DNA of 64,000 nt from Pseudomonadota bacterium (GCA_021325135.1 JAJPHT010000030.1:1-64000), one strand, 5' to 3'; positions 1 to 10,363 are shown, counted from the first letter of the stretch. Translations and numbers: made by a program. Notes: a model not told the origin generated them from the letters alone.

Positions 1-3000
1 GTCACGGCCAGCGGCTCGCTCTCCGCGACCCTCATCGCCGGGGTCCAGATCGAACTGGGCCCCGAGGGGCTCCAGGCTCGCGCGGGCCCGCTCATCGGCG
101 TCGGCGGGTCGTGGTCCACCAGCGGCGGGCTTCAGGGGGACGTCTGCTACACGCTGCTCCAGGTGGCCCTCGACGCGCGCTTCTTCCGATCCGACTGGGG
201 GACGAATTTCTATCCGCTCGGCGCCACGAGCATTACCGCCGCTCCGGACCAGTCCGCCGCGAGCCAATGTCCGTTTGAGGATCTCTCCGGATCCCAAGCC
301 TCCCTGCAAGTGCCCGGAGCACCCATCAGCATCATCGCACGCGACCGCCCCGACAAGGGACAGACGCATGTGGAGTGGCAGCCTGCGAACGACCACATCC
401 CTGTCGCCGGCTACCGCGTCTACCGCGGAACGTCCCCAGCCACGATGGCACTGGTCACAACTATGACCAGCGGCACCTCCCTTGAGGAGTCCGGACTCCA
501 AGAAGGGACGACGTACGACTACCAGGTCGTCCCGTTCAACGCCGCCGGAACGGGAAGCCCCTCGAGCATCGCCACCGTCAGGACGCTAACAAATACGATG
601 TCGATGGGCTTCGAGGAGTTTCCGTCGGGCACGGACATCGGGGGTGCCTACCTCGGCATCTCGTTCGGATTCTCCCAGTTCGGGGCCACCTGTAGCGCAG
701 ATGGCACGCCGGGCTGCTTCTACATCGGCAACTACGGGTCGGGTCCTCGTACCTCATGCGGCATCGACTCCGCGACGCAGCAGAGCAACTGCGTGATCCC
801 CATGGTGTCCGTAGGATCCGCGGGCCGGACGTTCCGCAGCTTCGAAGCGACGTTCCGCTACGCCCCGTACACGAACGGAAACCCCAACCGCCTCCACTTC
901 AGAGCCGTGACCCAGACCCCGACTGGCACCCACCTCGCCATCCCAGACGCAATCTGCGACATGCCCAACATGGGGATCGCGCGCTGCGGCATCAGCACGC
1001 CCGACCCCATTATTGCCATCGCCATCAGCCCCGAGTGCGCCTGCCAGAGCATGGACGACGTCACGATCACGCAGGATGTCAACCTCCATCCCTTGGCGAG
1101 CGCGCCCCAGGACCTCACCGCGACGACCTGGATCGACCGCGGGCAGGTCAAGCTCCACTGGAACGCGAGCGCCTACACGCCCTTCACGACGGCGGTCGAA
1201 GCCTACGACGTGTACCGCGGCACGTCCCCCGACGCACTCGGCCTCATCGCCACCGTCGGCCCGAGCACCTTCAGCTACGTGGACACCGGCCTGCCCGACA
1301 GCACCACCTACTACTACGCCGTCAAGGCCGTTAACGGGCACGGTGAAGGTCCCACGGCCACCAGCTCCGCGACGAGTCGTGGGAATCAGGACATCATGAC
1401 GTTCGACGAGTTCCCCGCAGGTTCTGATGTCACGCACGCTCTGCTCGGCGTTAACTTCTACACGTACAGTCGCTCATTCTACTGCTCCTATGCGCCGTGC
1501 AGCCCCGGGTTCTATGGATCGAATGACTACTCCAACTGCTGCGGTGGTGGGTCCGGAACGACCCCACCGCAGACGTCCTGTACATATGACGCCACTTATA
1601 ACCCCAATCAGGGCAACTGCTACCTTCCGACACCGCAGATTGTCTCGAGCAACGGCCGAACGTTCCGGTCCTTTGAAGCAACTTTCCATTACCGGCCGAA
1701 CACGAACGGCCAACCCAATCGCATCACATTCCAAGTCTTCAGAGCTGGTGACACCGGCCAGCCAAACCTCGTCGACCAGAATTCGTTCGTCTGCGACATG
1801 CCCAACACGGGAGTTGCCCGATGCGGCGTAAGCGTCCCCACCCCCATCATCGCAATCAACATCCAACAAAACATGGGCACAACAATGGACGATGTAATCA
1901 TCACACAAGATATCACATTGAATCCCCCCACGACAACTCCACAGGACCTCCAAGCCCAGACGTGGCTAGATGGCGGTCAGATCAAGCTCACATGGAACGG
2001 GACAGCATTCGCGTCGTTTACTGGGGCAATCGAGGCCTTTGACATTTACCGAGGGACCGACCCCAACAGCCTTCAGCTCGTCACCACCGTGGACAACTCG
2101 ACATTCACGTACCTTGACCACGGACTTGCCGATTCGACGCGCAATTACTACGCGGTCCGCGCTGCGAACAAACTCGGTGAGGGCCCCAGCGCAACCGCGA
2201 ACAACATGACGCAGAACAACCAGGATACATTCACGTTCGACGGATTGCCAGCGGGTTCTGACGTCACGCACGCCTACCTCGGCGTCAACCTCTACACGTA
2301 CGCCCGCTCATACTACTGCTCCTACGCGCCATGCAGCCCCGGATTCTATGGGTCGAACGATTGGTGCAACCCCTCCGCGTGTGGTACGTCCCCGCCGCAG
2401 ACATCCTGCACGTACGACGGCATTTACAACCCCAACCAGGGCAATTGCTACCTTCCGACACCGCAGGTCATTTCGACGAACGGGAGAACATTCCGCTCCT
2501 TCGAAGCCAGCTTCCATTATCGGCCAAACACGAACGGCCAGCCCAATCGCATCACATTCCAAGTCTACAGAGAGGGCGCCGCAGGTCAGCGGAGCTTTGT
2601 CGACGACAACAATTTCGTCTGCGACATGCCAGACACCGGGGTCGCCCGGTGCGGCGTCAGCACCCCCACACCGATCGACGCAATCGCCATCCAACCAACC
2701 TCCTGGATGGCAATGGACGACGTTACAATCACCGATTCGTTCACTCTTGCGCCCATCTCGACTGCCGTGACGGGACTTGCTGCGAGTCCGACCTCTACAC
2801 GAGGGCAATCCCACTTGACATGGAATGCGACCAGCTATGCCTCATTCACGGGGCCCCCCGACACCTACAACGTCTACCGCGGCTCAAGCCCCAGCGACCT
2901 CCAGATCATCCAGTCGCTCAGCAACCAGACGTTTTCCTATCTCGACTCAGGCCTGCAGGATGACGTCCGATACTTGTACGAGATCCGCGCCCAGAATGCG

Positions 3001-5178
3001 CAGGGCGAAGGACCCGGCGCACAGGTCAGCTACTTCATCGACACCATCCCGCCCACCATCGCCAACCATGCGACCGTCACCGCCGAGGCGACCTCAAGCC
3101 GCGGCGCGACCGTCTCCTATCAGCGCCCCGCCACGACGGACAACATCGACCCGCCGGGCCTCGCCGCGTGCGCGCCCACGAGCGGCAGCCAGTTCCCAGT
3201 GGGCGCGACAACCGCGACCTGCACAGCAACAGACCAGAGCGGAAACGCCGCGACGCCCACGACGTTCCAGGTCATCGTGGCGGACACCACACCCCCCACC
3301 GTTGACCCCCACCAGAACATGACCGCGGAGGCAACAAGCGCCGCGGGAGCCGTCGTCACCTACCAGAGCCCAGGCACCGAGGATCTCGTCGATGGGCCAA
3401 GCACTGCGACCTGCGCCCCCGCGTCTGGGTCCACGTTCGCGCTCGGCAACACGACGGTCACCTGCGGCGCGGCCGATGCGCACGGGAATCGCGCCACGTC
3501 CACGACGTTCACTGTCAGGGTGGTGGACACGACGCCCCCAGCCATCGACCCAAAGCCCAACATGCTGCTGGAAGCGACAAGCCCGCAAGGCGCCATGGCC
3601 AACTACACGGCCCCGTCATCGCACGACACCGTCGACGGAGCGGGCGTCGCCTCGTGCGGACCCGCGACGCGCTCCATCTTCCAGTTGGGCACTACGAGCA
3701 TCACTTGCACCGCCTCAGACTCCGCAGGGAACACCGGCACAAGCAGCTTCACTGTCACCGTCGTCGACACAACGCCGCCCCGCATCGACGCGCACGCGAA
3801 CGTCACGGCCGAGGCCACCAGCACGGCCGGCGCCGCCGTGCAGTACGCGCCGCCTGCCACGCACGACGCCGTGGACGGCGAGGGCACGGCCAACTGCCTC
3901 CGCGCGCCCAACGCGACCTTCCCCCTGGGCACAACCACCGTGACCTGCTTCGCGACCGACGCCAACGGCAACCGGGCGACGCCGGTCACCTTCAACGTCA
4001 CCGTCGCCGACACGACGCCTCCCGCCATCGACCCGTCGCCCAACCTTACGGCGGAGGCAAGCGGCCCCAACGGCGCAGCGGTCAACTACCAGGCGCCCGC
4101 GACGCGCGACCTCGTGGACGGCAACGGGACGGCCGACTGCGCGCCCGCCTCAGGACAAGCGTTCCCCCTCGGGACCACCATCGTGACCTGCAGGGCCACT
4201 GACGCTCATGGCAACAAGGCGAACGCCACGACCTTCACGATCACGGTCCAAGACACCACGGCTCCCGACCTCACGACCCAGGACAACATCACCATCACCG
4301 CCTGGGACTCGACCGGCACCCTTGTCACGTTCCTGACGCCCAACGCGACCGACGTGGTCGACGGGTCGGACCCCGTGACGTGCCTGCCCGCCAGCGGATC
4401 CACGTTCCGGACTGGCGACAATCTCGTCACCTGCCAAGCCACGGACCACGCCAACAACACCGGGACGACGACCTTCCACGTCGCAGTCGTCGCCACCGCG
4501 CCCCAACCGCCACAGAACGTGACCGCCGCCAGCGGCCCCGGCCCCACCAACGTCACGCTCGCCTGGACAGCTCCCACCCGCGACGGGGGCCTGGTGGTCA
4601 CGGCCTACCGTGTCTATCGCGAGGGCACGCTCGTGGCGACTCTGACAGGGCTATCCTACCGCGACACGGGGCTCAGCCCGAACGCCACCTACCGCTACGA
4701 CATCACGGCCCTCAACGACGCCGGGCCGAGCTTCAGCAGCTCCGTCAAGGCGTCCACCTCGCCTCCGCCCACCGCCCCCCAGAACCTCACGGCGCAGCCC
4801 GGAACGCAGCCGGGCGACGTCGGTCTCTCCTGGCAGGCTCCGGCCCAGACCTTCGGGCTGCCTCTCCTGGAATATCGCATCTACGAGGTGAACGGGACGA
4901 ACCTCTCGTACCTCGGGAGCACCACGGGCACATCCTTCACGGCGACAGGATGCCAGGCGGCGAAGCAGTGCACCTTCCTCGTCCGGGCCGTCACGATCGC
5001 CGGAGAAGGAGCGTCATCGAACCAGGCGAGCTCGCCGGGAACAGAGGCCCGACCTCCAAACCCCGCCGTCCAAGGCAACCCCGACGGGAGCGTCGCCGTC
5101 TACAACGACAAGAACGGCAACGGCCAAGACGACCCAGGCGAGGACGTCGCGACCATCAACCCCAACGGCCTTGCATAG
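1..5178 (+). CDS. Very large secreted/surface protein: 6 FN3 domains, 3 Cys-rich repeats, 6 HYR domains, C-terminal Ca-binding-like DxNxNGxDD loop (5' end outside window)
   Basis: Frame is open from base 1. FN3 signatures (PQDL..W..Y.VYRG..Y.D.GL...Y.Y.V.A.N..G.G), six DTTPP.I-type HYR starts with F..G.T.VTC.A.D..GN, C-terminal DKNGNGQDDPGE. Confidence 0.9.
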   Translation, partial: VTASGSLSATLIAGVQIELGPEGLQARAGPLIGVGGSWSTSGGLQGDVCYTLLQVALDARFFRSDWGTNFYPLGATSITAAPDQSAASQCPFEDLSGSQASLQVPGAPISIIARDRPDKGQTHVEWQPANDHIPVAGYRVYRGTSPATMALVTTMTSGTSLEESGLQEGTTYDYQVVPFNAAGTGSPSSIATVRTLTNTMSMGFEEFPSGTDIGGAYLGISFGFSQFGATCSADGTPGCFYIGNYGSGPRTSCGIDSATQQSNCVIPMVSVGSAGRTFRSFEATFRYAPYTNGNPNRLHFRAVTQTPTGTHLAIPDAICDMPNMGIARCGISTPDPIIAIAISPECACQSMDDVTITQDVNLHPLASAPQDLTATTWIDRGQVKLHWNASAYTPFTTAVEAYDVYRGTSPDALGLIATVGPSTFSYVDTGLPDSTTYYYAVKAVNGHGEGPTATSSATSRGNQDIMTFDEFPAGSDVTHALLGVNFYTYSRSFYCSYAPCSPGFYGSNDYSNCCGGGSGTTPPQTSCTYDATYNPNQGNCYLPTPQIVSSNGRTFRSFEATFHYRPNTNGQPNRITFQVFRAGDTGQPNLVDQNSFVCDMPNTGVARCGVSVPTPIIAINIQQNMGTTMDDVIITQDITLNPPTTTPQDLQAQTWLDGGQIKLTWNGTAFASFTGAIEAFDIYRGTDPNSLQLVTTVDNSTFTYLDHGLADSTRNYYAVRAANKLGEGPSATANNMTQNNQDTFTFDGLPAGSDVTHAYLGVNLYTYARSYYCSYAPCSPGFYGSNDWCNPSACGTSPPQTSCTYDGIYNPNQGNCYLPTPQVISTNGRTFRSFEASFHYRPNTNGQPNRITFQVYREGAAGQRSFVDDNNFVCDMPDTGVARCGVSTPTPIDAIAIQPTSWMAMDDVTITDSFTLAPISTAVTGLAASPTSTRGQSHLTWNATSYASFTGPPDTYNVYRGSSPSDLQIIQSLSNQTFSYLDSGLQDDVRYLYEIRAQNAQGEGPGAQVSYFIDTIPPTIANHATVTAEATSSRGATVSYQRPATTDNIDPPGLAACAPTSGSQFPVGATTATCTATDQSGNAATPTTFQVIVADTTPPTVDPHQNMTAEATSAAGAVVTYQSPGTEDLVDGPSTATCAPASGSTFALGNTTVTCGAADAHGNRATSTTFTVRVVDTTPPAIDPKPNMLLEATSPQGAMANYTAPSSHDTVDGAGVASCGPATRSIFQLGTTSITCTASDSAGNTGTSSFTVTVVDTTPPRIDAHANVTAEATSTAGAAVQYAPPATHDAVDGEGTANCLRAPNATFPLGTTTVTCFATDANGNRATPVTFNVTVADTTPPAIDPSPNLTAEASGPNGAAVNYQAPATRDLVDGNGTADCAPASGQAFPLGTTIVTCRATDAHGNKANATTFTITVQDTTAPDLTTQDNITITAWDSTGTLVTFLTPNATDVVDGSDPVTCLPASGSTFRTGDNLVTCQATDHANNTGTTTFHVAVVATAPQPPQNVTAASGPGPTNVTLAWTAPTRDGGLVVTAYRVYREGTLVATLTGLSYRDTGLSPNATYRYDITALNDAGPSFSSSVKASTSPPPTAPQNLTAQPGTQPGDVGLSWQAPAQTFGLPLLEYRIYEVNGTNLSYLGSTTGTSFTATGCQAAKQCTFLVRAVTIAGEGASSNQASSPGTEARPPNPAVQGNPDGSVAVYNDKNGNGQDDPGEDVATINPNGLA
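1396..2730 (+). repeat. Intragenic direct repeat: two similar ~500 bp copies of the Cys-rich module (about 1396-1910 and 2230-2730)
   Basis: Long shared stretches such as aacacgaacggcca(a/g)cccaatcgcatcacattccaagtct; protein copies TFDEFPAGSDVTHALLGV and TFDGLPAGSDVTHAYLGV; a more diverged third copy at about 600-1080. Confidence 0.9.
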
Positions 5179-5336
5179 AAATCGGCGAGGGGCCTGAAAC
5201 GATGGCGCCGGACGTGAGATCCCAGGGTGAGGGGCCCCGAAGTGGCGCTGAAGTCGGACAAGACAAGACCATGCTTATCAATCATGCACGCCGGCGTCCT
5301 AGGGCCGATCATGGGGAGAGGGGTGCGTCACGAGTC

Positions 5337-5344
5337 TTTACGTA
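5337..5344 (+). promoter_or_regulatory. Putative archaeal TATA-like box for the reductase gene
   Basis: TTTACGTA at -30 to -23 from the ATG at 5367 in a GC-rich context, with no SD; spacing fits a leaderless archaeal transcript (inference). Confidence 0.45.
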
Positions 5345-5366
5345 GGGGGTCTGGCACGACGAGCAT

Positions 5367-6539
5367 ATGGTGTCGACTGAACGGCCCCACAACGATGTCC
5401 TCATCGTGGGCGCTGGTCCCGCGGGGAGCACAGCTGCCACGCTCCTGGCCTCGCGAGGCCTCCGCGTCCAGCTTCTTGAAGCACGGCGCTTCCCGCGTCA
5501 GAAACTCTGTGGCGGGCTCCTGACCGAGAAGACGCTCCTCCTGCTCAACCGCGTCTTTGGCGAAACGCCCCGCAGCTTGCATGAGGCAGGCATCATCGAC
5601 GAAGACGCCCCGACCTTCGCCGTCTACTGGCGCAAGCGGCGCTTGGCCAGGAGCCGTTCAGAGCCCCCATTCCTCCTCGCGAATCGACAGGCGCTCGACG
5701 CGCATCTCTTGGCCCACGCACGGGGCGCGGGCGCTGAGGTCCTGGAAGAGACCCCCGTGCGCGAGATTGTCACCGACCCGCCCAGCGTCATCGACCTGGG
5801 CGGCCACCGACACGCCGGGCGCATCTTGCTGGGCGCAGACGGCGTCAACAGCTTGATACGCCGAACCCTCACCACCGAGGGCCTGATTCACACGCCGGCC
5901 TGGAAGGAGAACCTCGCCAGCGGGCTGGAGTGCAGCGTTCCGAAGGATCAAGCGCCCCAACTCGCGGGAGAGCTCATGATCCACTTGGGCGTCGTCGATC
6001 ACGGGTACGGCTGGGTCTTTCCGCACAAGGACGCCTACCTCATCGGCGTGGGCGGCCTCAACCGGACCAACCGCGGCTTCCAGCGCGTGCTCGCCGACTA
6101 TCTGGATCTCCTTGGGGTTCCATCAGGAGTTGCCTCGAAGGTCGCCGGGCATCCCATCCCGTACGGCAACCATGTCCCTCAGCCGGCCGCCGGGAGTTGC
6201 CTCCTGCTCGGGGACGCCGCGGGCTTGGTGGATCCAATCTTGGGCGAGGGCATCTACTACGCGGCGCGAAGCGCAGAGCTTGCGGCCAACAGCATCCTGC
6301 GCACCGACGCGGGACCCGCGGCTGCGCGCGAATACGTCCGGCTCCTTCAACGCGAAGTCCACCCCGAGTTTGAGGCGGGGCTCCGGTGGAGGCGGCTCGT
6401 CTTCGCCGGCCCGGAGTTCCTGCGCGCGACGATGAGCCTGCTTGCCCTCTGGGGAGCCCGCGCACGCGTCCTCGACGTCGTGCACGGGCGACGCGGCCTC
6501 CCCCAATGGGGGCGACAGGCCCGTGCGTACGATCCTTAG
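5367..6539 (+). CDS. Geranylgeranyl reductase family FAD-dependent oxidoreductase
   Basis: VLIVGAGPAGS FAD motif, KLCGG, GADG, GYGWVFP, LLGDAAGLVDPILGEGIYYA. Confidence 0.92.
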   Translation: MVSTERPHNDVLIVGAGPAGSTAATLLASRGLRVQLLEARRFPRQKLCGGLLTEKTLLLLNRVFGETPRSLHEAGIIDEDAPTFAVYWRKRRLARSRSEPPFLLANRQALDAHLLAHARGAGAEVLEETPVREIVTDPPSVIDLGGHRHAGRILLGADGVNSLIRRTLTTEGLIHTPAWKENLASGLECSVPKDQAPQLAGELMIHLGVVDHGYGWVFPHKDAYLIGVGGLNRTNRGFQRVLADYLDLLGVPSGVASKVAGHPIPYGNHVPQPAAGSCLLLGDAAGLVDPILGEGIYYAARSAELAANSILRTDAGPAAAREYVRLLQREVHPEFEAGLRWRRLVFAGPEFLRATMSLLALWGARARVLDVVHGRRGLPQWGRQARAYDP

Positions 6540-6550
6540 CGCCAGGGGTT

Positions 6551-6796
6551 TTACTCTTGGATGAGGGCGGGGTACTCGGTCCAGTTCAGGAGAAGGGCCG
6601 CGTTGAGCCGGCTGCGGCCGCCGCCGACCAAGTCGTACGTGCCGTCAGGGCGCATCCGGAGCCGCACAGGGATGAGTTCGGGGCTCGCCTTCATGGCCAG
6701 CGCCAGGGACTCCAGGCGTCGGGAAGGCGCTTCGGCCCGATGGAAACGGATCTTGTGGATCGGGACTATGACTGGCCTGGACGGCTTCGACTCCAT
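6551..6796 (-). CDS. Small ParB/Srx N-terminal-like protein
   Basis: VPIHKI...LESLALAMK..LIPVRL...DGTYDLVGGGRSRLNAALLLNW..YPALI resembles the ParB nuclease-like fold with an atypical Arg patch; ATG at 6796. Confidence 0.55.
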   Translation of the reverse strand: MESKPSRPVIVPIHKIRFHRAEAPSRRLESLALAMKASPELIPVRLRMRPDGTYDLVGGGRSRLNAALLLNWTEYPALIQE

Positions 6797-6861
6797 CCTG
6801 CTGCTCCTTCCAAGAGTCGGCAAGGGGTCCTTCCCGATGGCCTTGTCGCTGCGGGGGTCTC

Positions 6862-7269
6862 TTGAAGCCGCGCGTGCGGCGGCTGCCGCGCGGGATGGTG
6901 CGGGAGGATCGGCGCTTGGCGCGCGGGGAGGGCTACTACGATGGTTTCCGCATCGTCGTCGGGAGCAAGCAAGACCGGAGGACCGTGGCGCACGAGAAGG
7001 GACACTGGCTCTGGGCACAGCTCCCCCACAAGGCGCGGCGCCGCTTCGTCGCGGCCGTGTGCGCCCGCTCGCCGCTCGACTTGCGTCGCCCCGCCTGGAA
7101 AGTCGTCCGCGAGGCCTTCGACGAATCGACCACGGGGACTCACCCTTTCGTGGAGGAGGTTTGGGCTGAGGCTTTTGCCGCCGACAGGATGGGGGAACGC
7201 GGGCTGCCGCGGTGGCTCAGGCGAGAGGTCGTGACCGCGCTTGGGATCCTCGCGGCGAAGGCCTCATGA
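6862..7269 (+). CDS. Putative zinc metallopeptidase (HExxH; ImmA/IrrE-like)
   Basis: TVAHEKGHWLW followed by EEVWAEAFA. Confidence 0.55.
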   Translation: MKPRVRRLPRGMVREDRRLARGEGYYDGFRIVVGSKQDRRTVAHEKGHWLWAQLPHKARRRFVAAVCARSPLDLRRPAWKVVREAFDESTTGTHPFVEEVWAEAFAADRMGERGLPRWLRREVVTALGILAAKAS

Positions 7270-7504
7270 AGCCTGGTCGCTTTCAGCGACCATCATGCGA
7301 TCTTCGGCGCAGCGCGTCGCGCTCCTGGCTTGGGCCGAGAGGCATCCGGTGAGCTTGGAGGAAGCGCTTGACGCTGCGAGCTTGGCGTGGACGCACGGCT
7401 TCCGCGTGCGCTTCCACCGCGCTAGGAGCCGCCGGCGGCGCACGCCTGCCCGTTGGCTGGTTCGCCTGCGACGTGAAGCGTCAGAAACCAAAGGGTGACT
7501 GCGC

Positions 7505-8014
7505 GTGGGCCCAGACCCCTTCTTGGATGCGATTCAGGAGGCTGCCGAATCCGCCTTGCAGATTCTCAACGACTCTCGGCCTCCGCGCCTGCGTGCTGAC
7601 CAGTACCCTCAGACGGTCCTCGTGCTCGGGGGAGGTATCCTGTGGGCTGCTGGTCATTCCGTGGACGAGATCGCGGACCGGCTCGAACTCTCCCGCGACT
7701 GGGTCGAGCCCCGCGCCCAGCGCCTCGTCGACCAAGGGTACTGGCGAACCGTGCCCGATGGAGCACGCAGCTACCTCGCGGTCGGAGACGTTCCCGACGA
7801 CGCGGGGGAAGATGCCTGGAAGGAGGCGGTTGGGGAACTCATGGCGGCGCTCCTCGTCGTCGAAGGCTACCTCGAACGAATCGTCTTGCCTGTTCCAACC
7901 GTTGAGACGCCAGGCGTTCCCAGCGCGGGTTCTGGCCCCACTCCATCTCAGAGGCTTGTGCGCGAGATCATCGAACAAGCCCTGAATCCGACTTCCAACT
8001 CCCCCGAGTCGTAG
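7505..8014 (+). CDS. Putative winged-HTH protein
   Basis: GHSVDEIADRLELSRDWVEPRAQRLVDQGYW helix-turn-helix-wing pattern. Confidence 0.5.
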   Translation: MGPDPFLDAIQEAAESALQILNDSRPPRLRADQYPQTVLVLGGGILWAAGHSVDEIADRLELSRDWVEPRAQRLVDQGYWRTVPDGARSYLAVGDVPDDAGEDAWKEAVGELMAALLVVEGYLERIVLPVPTVETPGVPSAGSGPTPSQRLVREIIEQALNPTSNSPES

Positions 8015-8036
8015 TCCGACCGCTGTGCGGACGGGG

Positions 8037-8399
8037 TCAAGACTGCCTGACTAGGCGGGGCTTCCGGAAGCCAGGGTCCCCGCGGATGAACGCCTCGTAG
8101 CCCCTGCACGGGCTGGGAGACGCGGCGCCGTGATGGAAGATCCGGCGCAACCCCACGTCGTCGTGGCAGGAGGGTTCGCATCCATCCTCGAGGGCGAGCA
8201 TGGCATCCTCGTCGTAGCCCATCTTGGCGCCGCGCCGGAATGGGCAGCTGGTGCACGCCTCCCGCGGAGGTTCAAGGAGCGTCGTCGCGCGCGTCGCGGC
8301 GGTCACGCGGCCCGAGGGGATGGCTTGCTCTCCCAAGACCCGCCGCGACCCTTGCCCCGAGGAAGGCAAGAAGAATGGGCTTGCTTTCTCCGTGCTCAT
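8037..8399 (-). CDS. Cys/His-rich putative Zn-binding protein
   Basis: CTSCPFR...SCH...PCRGY; ATG at 8399 overlaps the upstream stop (ATGA). Confidence 0.6.
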   Translation of the reverse strand: MSTEKASPFFLPSSGQGSRRVLGEQAIPSGRVTAATRATTLLEPPREACTSCPFRRGAKMGYDEDAMLALEDGCEPSCHDDVGLRRIFHHGAASPSPCRGYEAFIRGDPGFRKPRLVRQS

Positions 8400-8563
8400 G
8401 CGACACGCTCCATGAAGCCGTGCGACCAACCGAAGCCGAAGCAGTTGTGCGGTCCCGAGTCGGTCGTGTAGAGCGTTCGGCGGCATGGGCGTCGGACGCA
8501 CCGGTAGAGGCGCCACGCTTTGCCGTTCTCGGCGGGCGATCCCGGGACGGGGAGGCTTGTCAT
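8396..8563 (-). CDS. Small hypothetical protein (55 aa, below ORF track cut-off)
   Basis: MTSLPVPG...YRCVRRPCRRTLYTTDSGPHNC...; ATGA overlaps at both ends. Confidence 0.5.
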   Translation of the reverse strand: MTSLPVPGSPAENGKAWRLYRCVRRPCRRTLYTTDSGPHNCFGFGWSHGFMERVA

Positions 8564-8954
8564 CGTTGCGCTCTCCAGAGCAGGAAGGCGTTCCCGTCCG
8601 TGAGTTCACCGTGGTCGCTCGTTCCGCGCAGGATGCGGACAGGGCCGACGAACCGCGAGCGTGGCGGGTTCGTCCATCGCCGGCGGATCCTCCACAGCCA
8701 TCGCGTCCCCCACCACTCCAAGCACACGTCGCGCGTCCTGATCGAGTGACCCCTGCCGTGTCCCGGCCACCACACGAGGAGCCTTCGCTGGGAATCAGCC
8801 AAGCGGGTTCACCCCATGCTTTCGGAGAACGGCGTCCACTTCCTGGCATGGCCCGCAGGTGCAAGGGCGCCCGAGCGCCATCGCGTGCTGACGCCACGTC
8901 ACGAACGCCTGCCCAAGAAGGCCAGCACGAAGGACGCGCGCGATGTCGGAACCG

Positions 8955-9335
8955 CTACGCGGCACTGGGCGTCACCTCGGGCTTGAACTCGAAGGCCACG
9001 GCGAGCATGTAGCCCACAAGCGCTCGCTTGTGCTCGTGCTTCGGCTCCCAGTCCCCGAGGCTGACACGGACGCGCTTCTTCACGTCCTCCAAGTCGAAGC
9101 CTTCGCGAAGATGGACCTCGCCCTTGGGCGGGGTCGTGCCGGAGAAGACGCTCATGCCCCATTGCGTGAACACGTTGTCCATGCTCTGGAACTCCCTGGG
9201 AATCTCCCCGGGCGGCACGTAGTACCGCATCCCGCAGGGGAAAGCGAGATCCACGTCGCGAGGGCTCTCGCCTCCGAACATCTTCTCGATGTGCGCGGCC
9301 GGCACGCCGGGTACGACGGGAAGCCTACTGCTCAA
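8955..9335 (-). CDS. Hypothetical phage-type protein (EPKHEHK motif)
   Basis: TTG start with upstream GGAGG; natural composition. Confidence 0.65.
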   Translation of the reverse strand: MSSRLPVVPGVPAAHIEKMFGGESPRDVDLAFPCGMRYYVPPGEIPREFQSMDNVFTQWGMSVFSGTTPPKGEVHLREGFDLEDVKKRVRVSLGDWEPKHEHKRALVGYMLAVAFEFKPEVTPSAA

Positions 9336-9397
9336 CGGGGATCATCCTCCTGTGTGTGCGCCCGCGGGTCGGGGAGCGCTGGCAGCGGCACTTGCAA

Positions 9398-9532
9398 TCA
9401 GACGTAGATCGACACCCCCTTGGGTCGGTTCGTTGGAGTCCCGCAGATACAGCACGTCATGTGGTTGCCCATGTTCCACCCCGGACAATGTTCGGTCCTC
9501 CCGTTCGAACAGACGACAACCAATGCGCTCAT
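9398..9532 (-). CDS. Zn-ribbon microprotein (44 aa)
   Basis: MSALVVVCSNGRTEHC...MTCCICGTP; ATGA overlap with the upstream ORF ending at 9529. Confidence 0.45.
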   Translation of the reverse strand: MSALVVVCSNGRTEHCPGWNMGNHMTCCICGTPTNRPKGVSIYV

Positions 9533-9950
9533 AGGGACACCTCGGGGAGGAGCGTGAGCGCGGGCGTCCTGGCCCCGCCCATGCCAGCCGGGACGCCGGC
9601 GAGAGCCTTGATGGCGCTCTCGGCGGCATCGACGCCGGTGGCAAGATCGGCGAGTTCCCGATCAGATGGGGACGTTTTCATGGATGGATTCTCCGCGTGA
9701 GGTCTCCGAGGCATTCGGCGTAGAGGCCGTGGTCTTTGTGAAAGTGCGAGCGCGCCCGCGTGGCGGGCACGCCGAGGTGGACGTAGACGGTGTCCGTCCG
9801 CACGTCGCACGCATAGCCGGGGCGCGGGCTGATGTTGCTCGCATCGCCGGGTTCACGGGGAGCCAAATGCACACCTCGTCTTGGTGCGCGTGCCGACGTT
9901 CAGGCAGTGGCCGGCGGGGCAATGGTCGTGGGTCGATGGGCGAAGGCGTG

Positions 9951-10163
9951 TCACGTGCCCGGGGCCTCCTGCGGCTTCGCGGGCTGGATGGGTGTCCAAA
10001 GGCCGATGGACTCCTCCAGCACGCCTTTCCCGACTCGGGACGTGTCGAGCGCGTTGGGGTCGTCCACGAAGTGGTGGTAGTCCATCCCCCAGGAGCTGAC
10101 GAGGCAGTAGAGCTCCTCACGAGTCGGCGCGAGTTCGTCTTCGATGCCCTTGCCTTTGGTCAT
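9951..10163 (-). CDS. Hypothetical protein
   Basis: 70 aa ORF, ATGA-coupled to the upstream gene. Confidence 0.5.
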   Translation of the reverse strand: MTKGKGIEDELAPTREELYCLVSSWGMDYHHFVDDPNALDTSRVGKGVLEESIGLWTPIQPAKPQEAPGT

Positions 10164-10363
10164 GCGTCATTGCTCCACGAGGGGATCCGCACATGGATGT
10201 CGTAGACGTCGCGGAGGGCCCTTTCGAAGTTGCTTCCCCAGTCGATGGCGGGGAGCAGGCGCGTGAGGTCGCCCACTGCCTCCGCGCTCAGGGCCTGGGC
10301 CCGGTTCGTGGGGAATTGGCGCACGAACGCAATGGCGACGAGGCGGGCTTCCTCGGCGTTCAT
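10160..10363 (-). CDS. Hypothetical protein
   Basis: MNAEEARLVAIAFVRQF...; coupled to the next gene. Confidence 0.5.
   Translation of the reverse strand: MNAEEARLVAIAFVRQFPTNRAQALSAEAVGDLTRLLPAIDWGSNFERALRDVYDIHVRIPSWSNDA

Noticed and set aside
1396-2730. Near-identical repeats as a DGR template/variable pair
   Set aside because: Differences are not adenine-specific, both copies are in-frame coding, and no reverse transcriptase is present.
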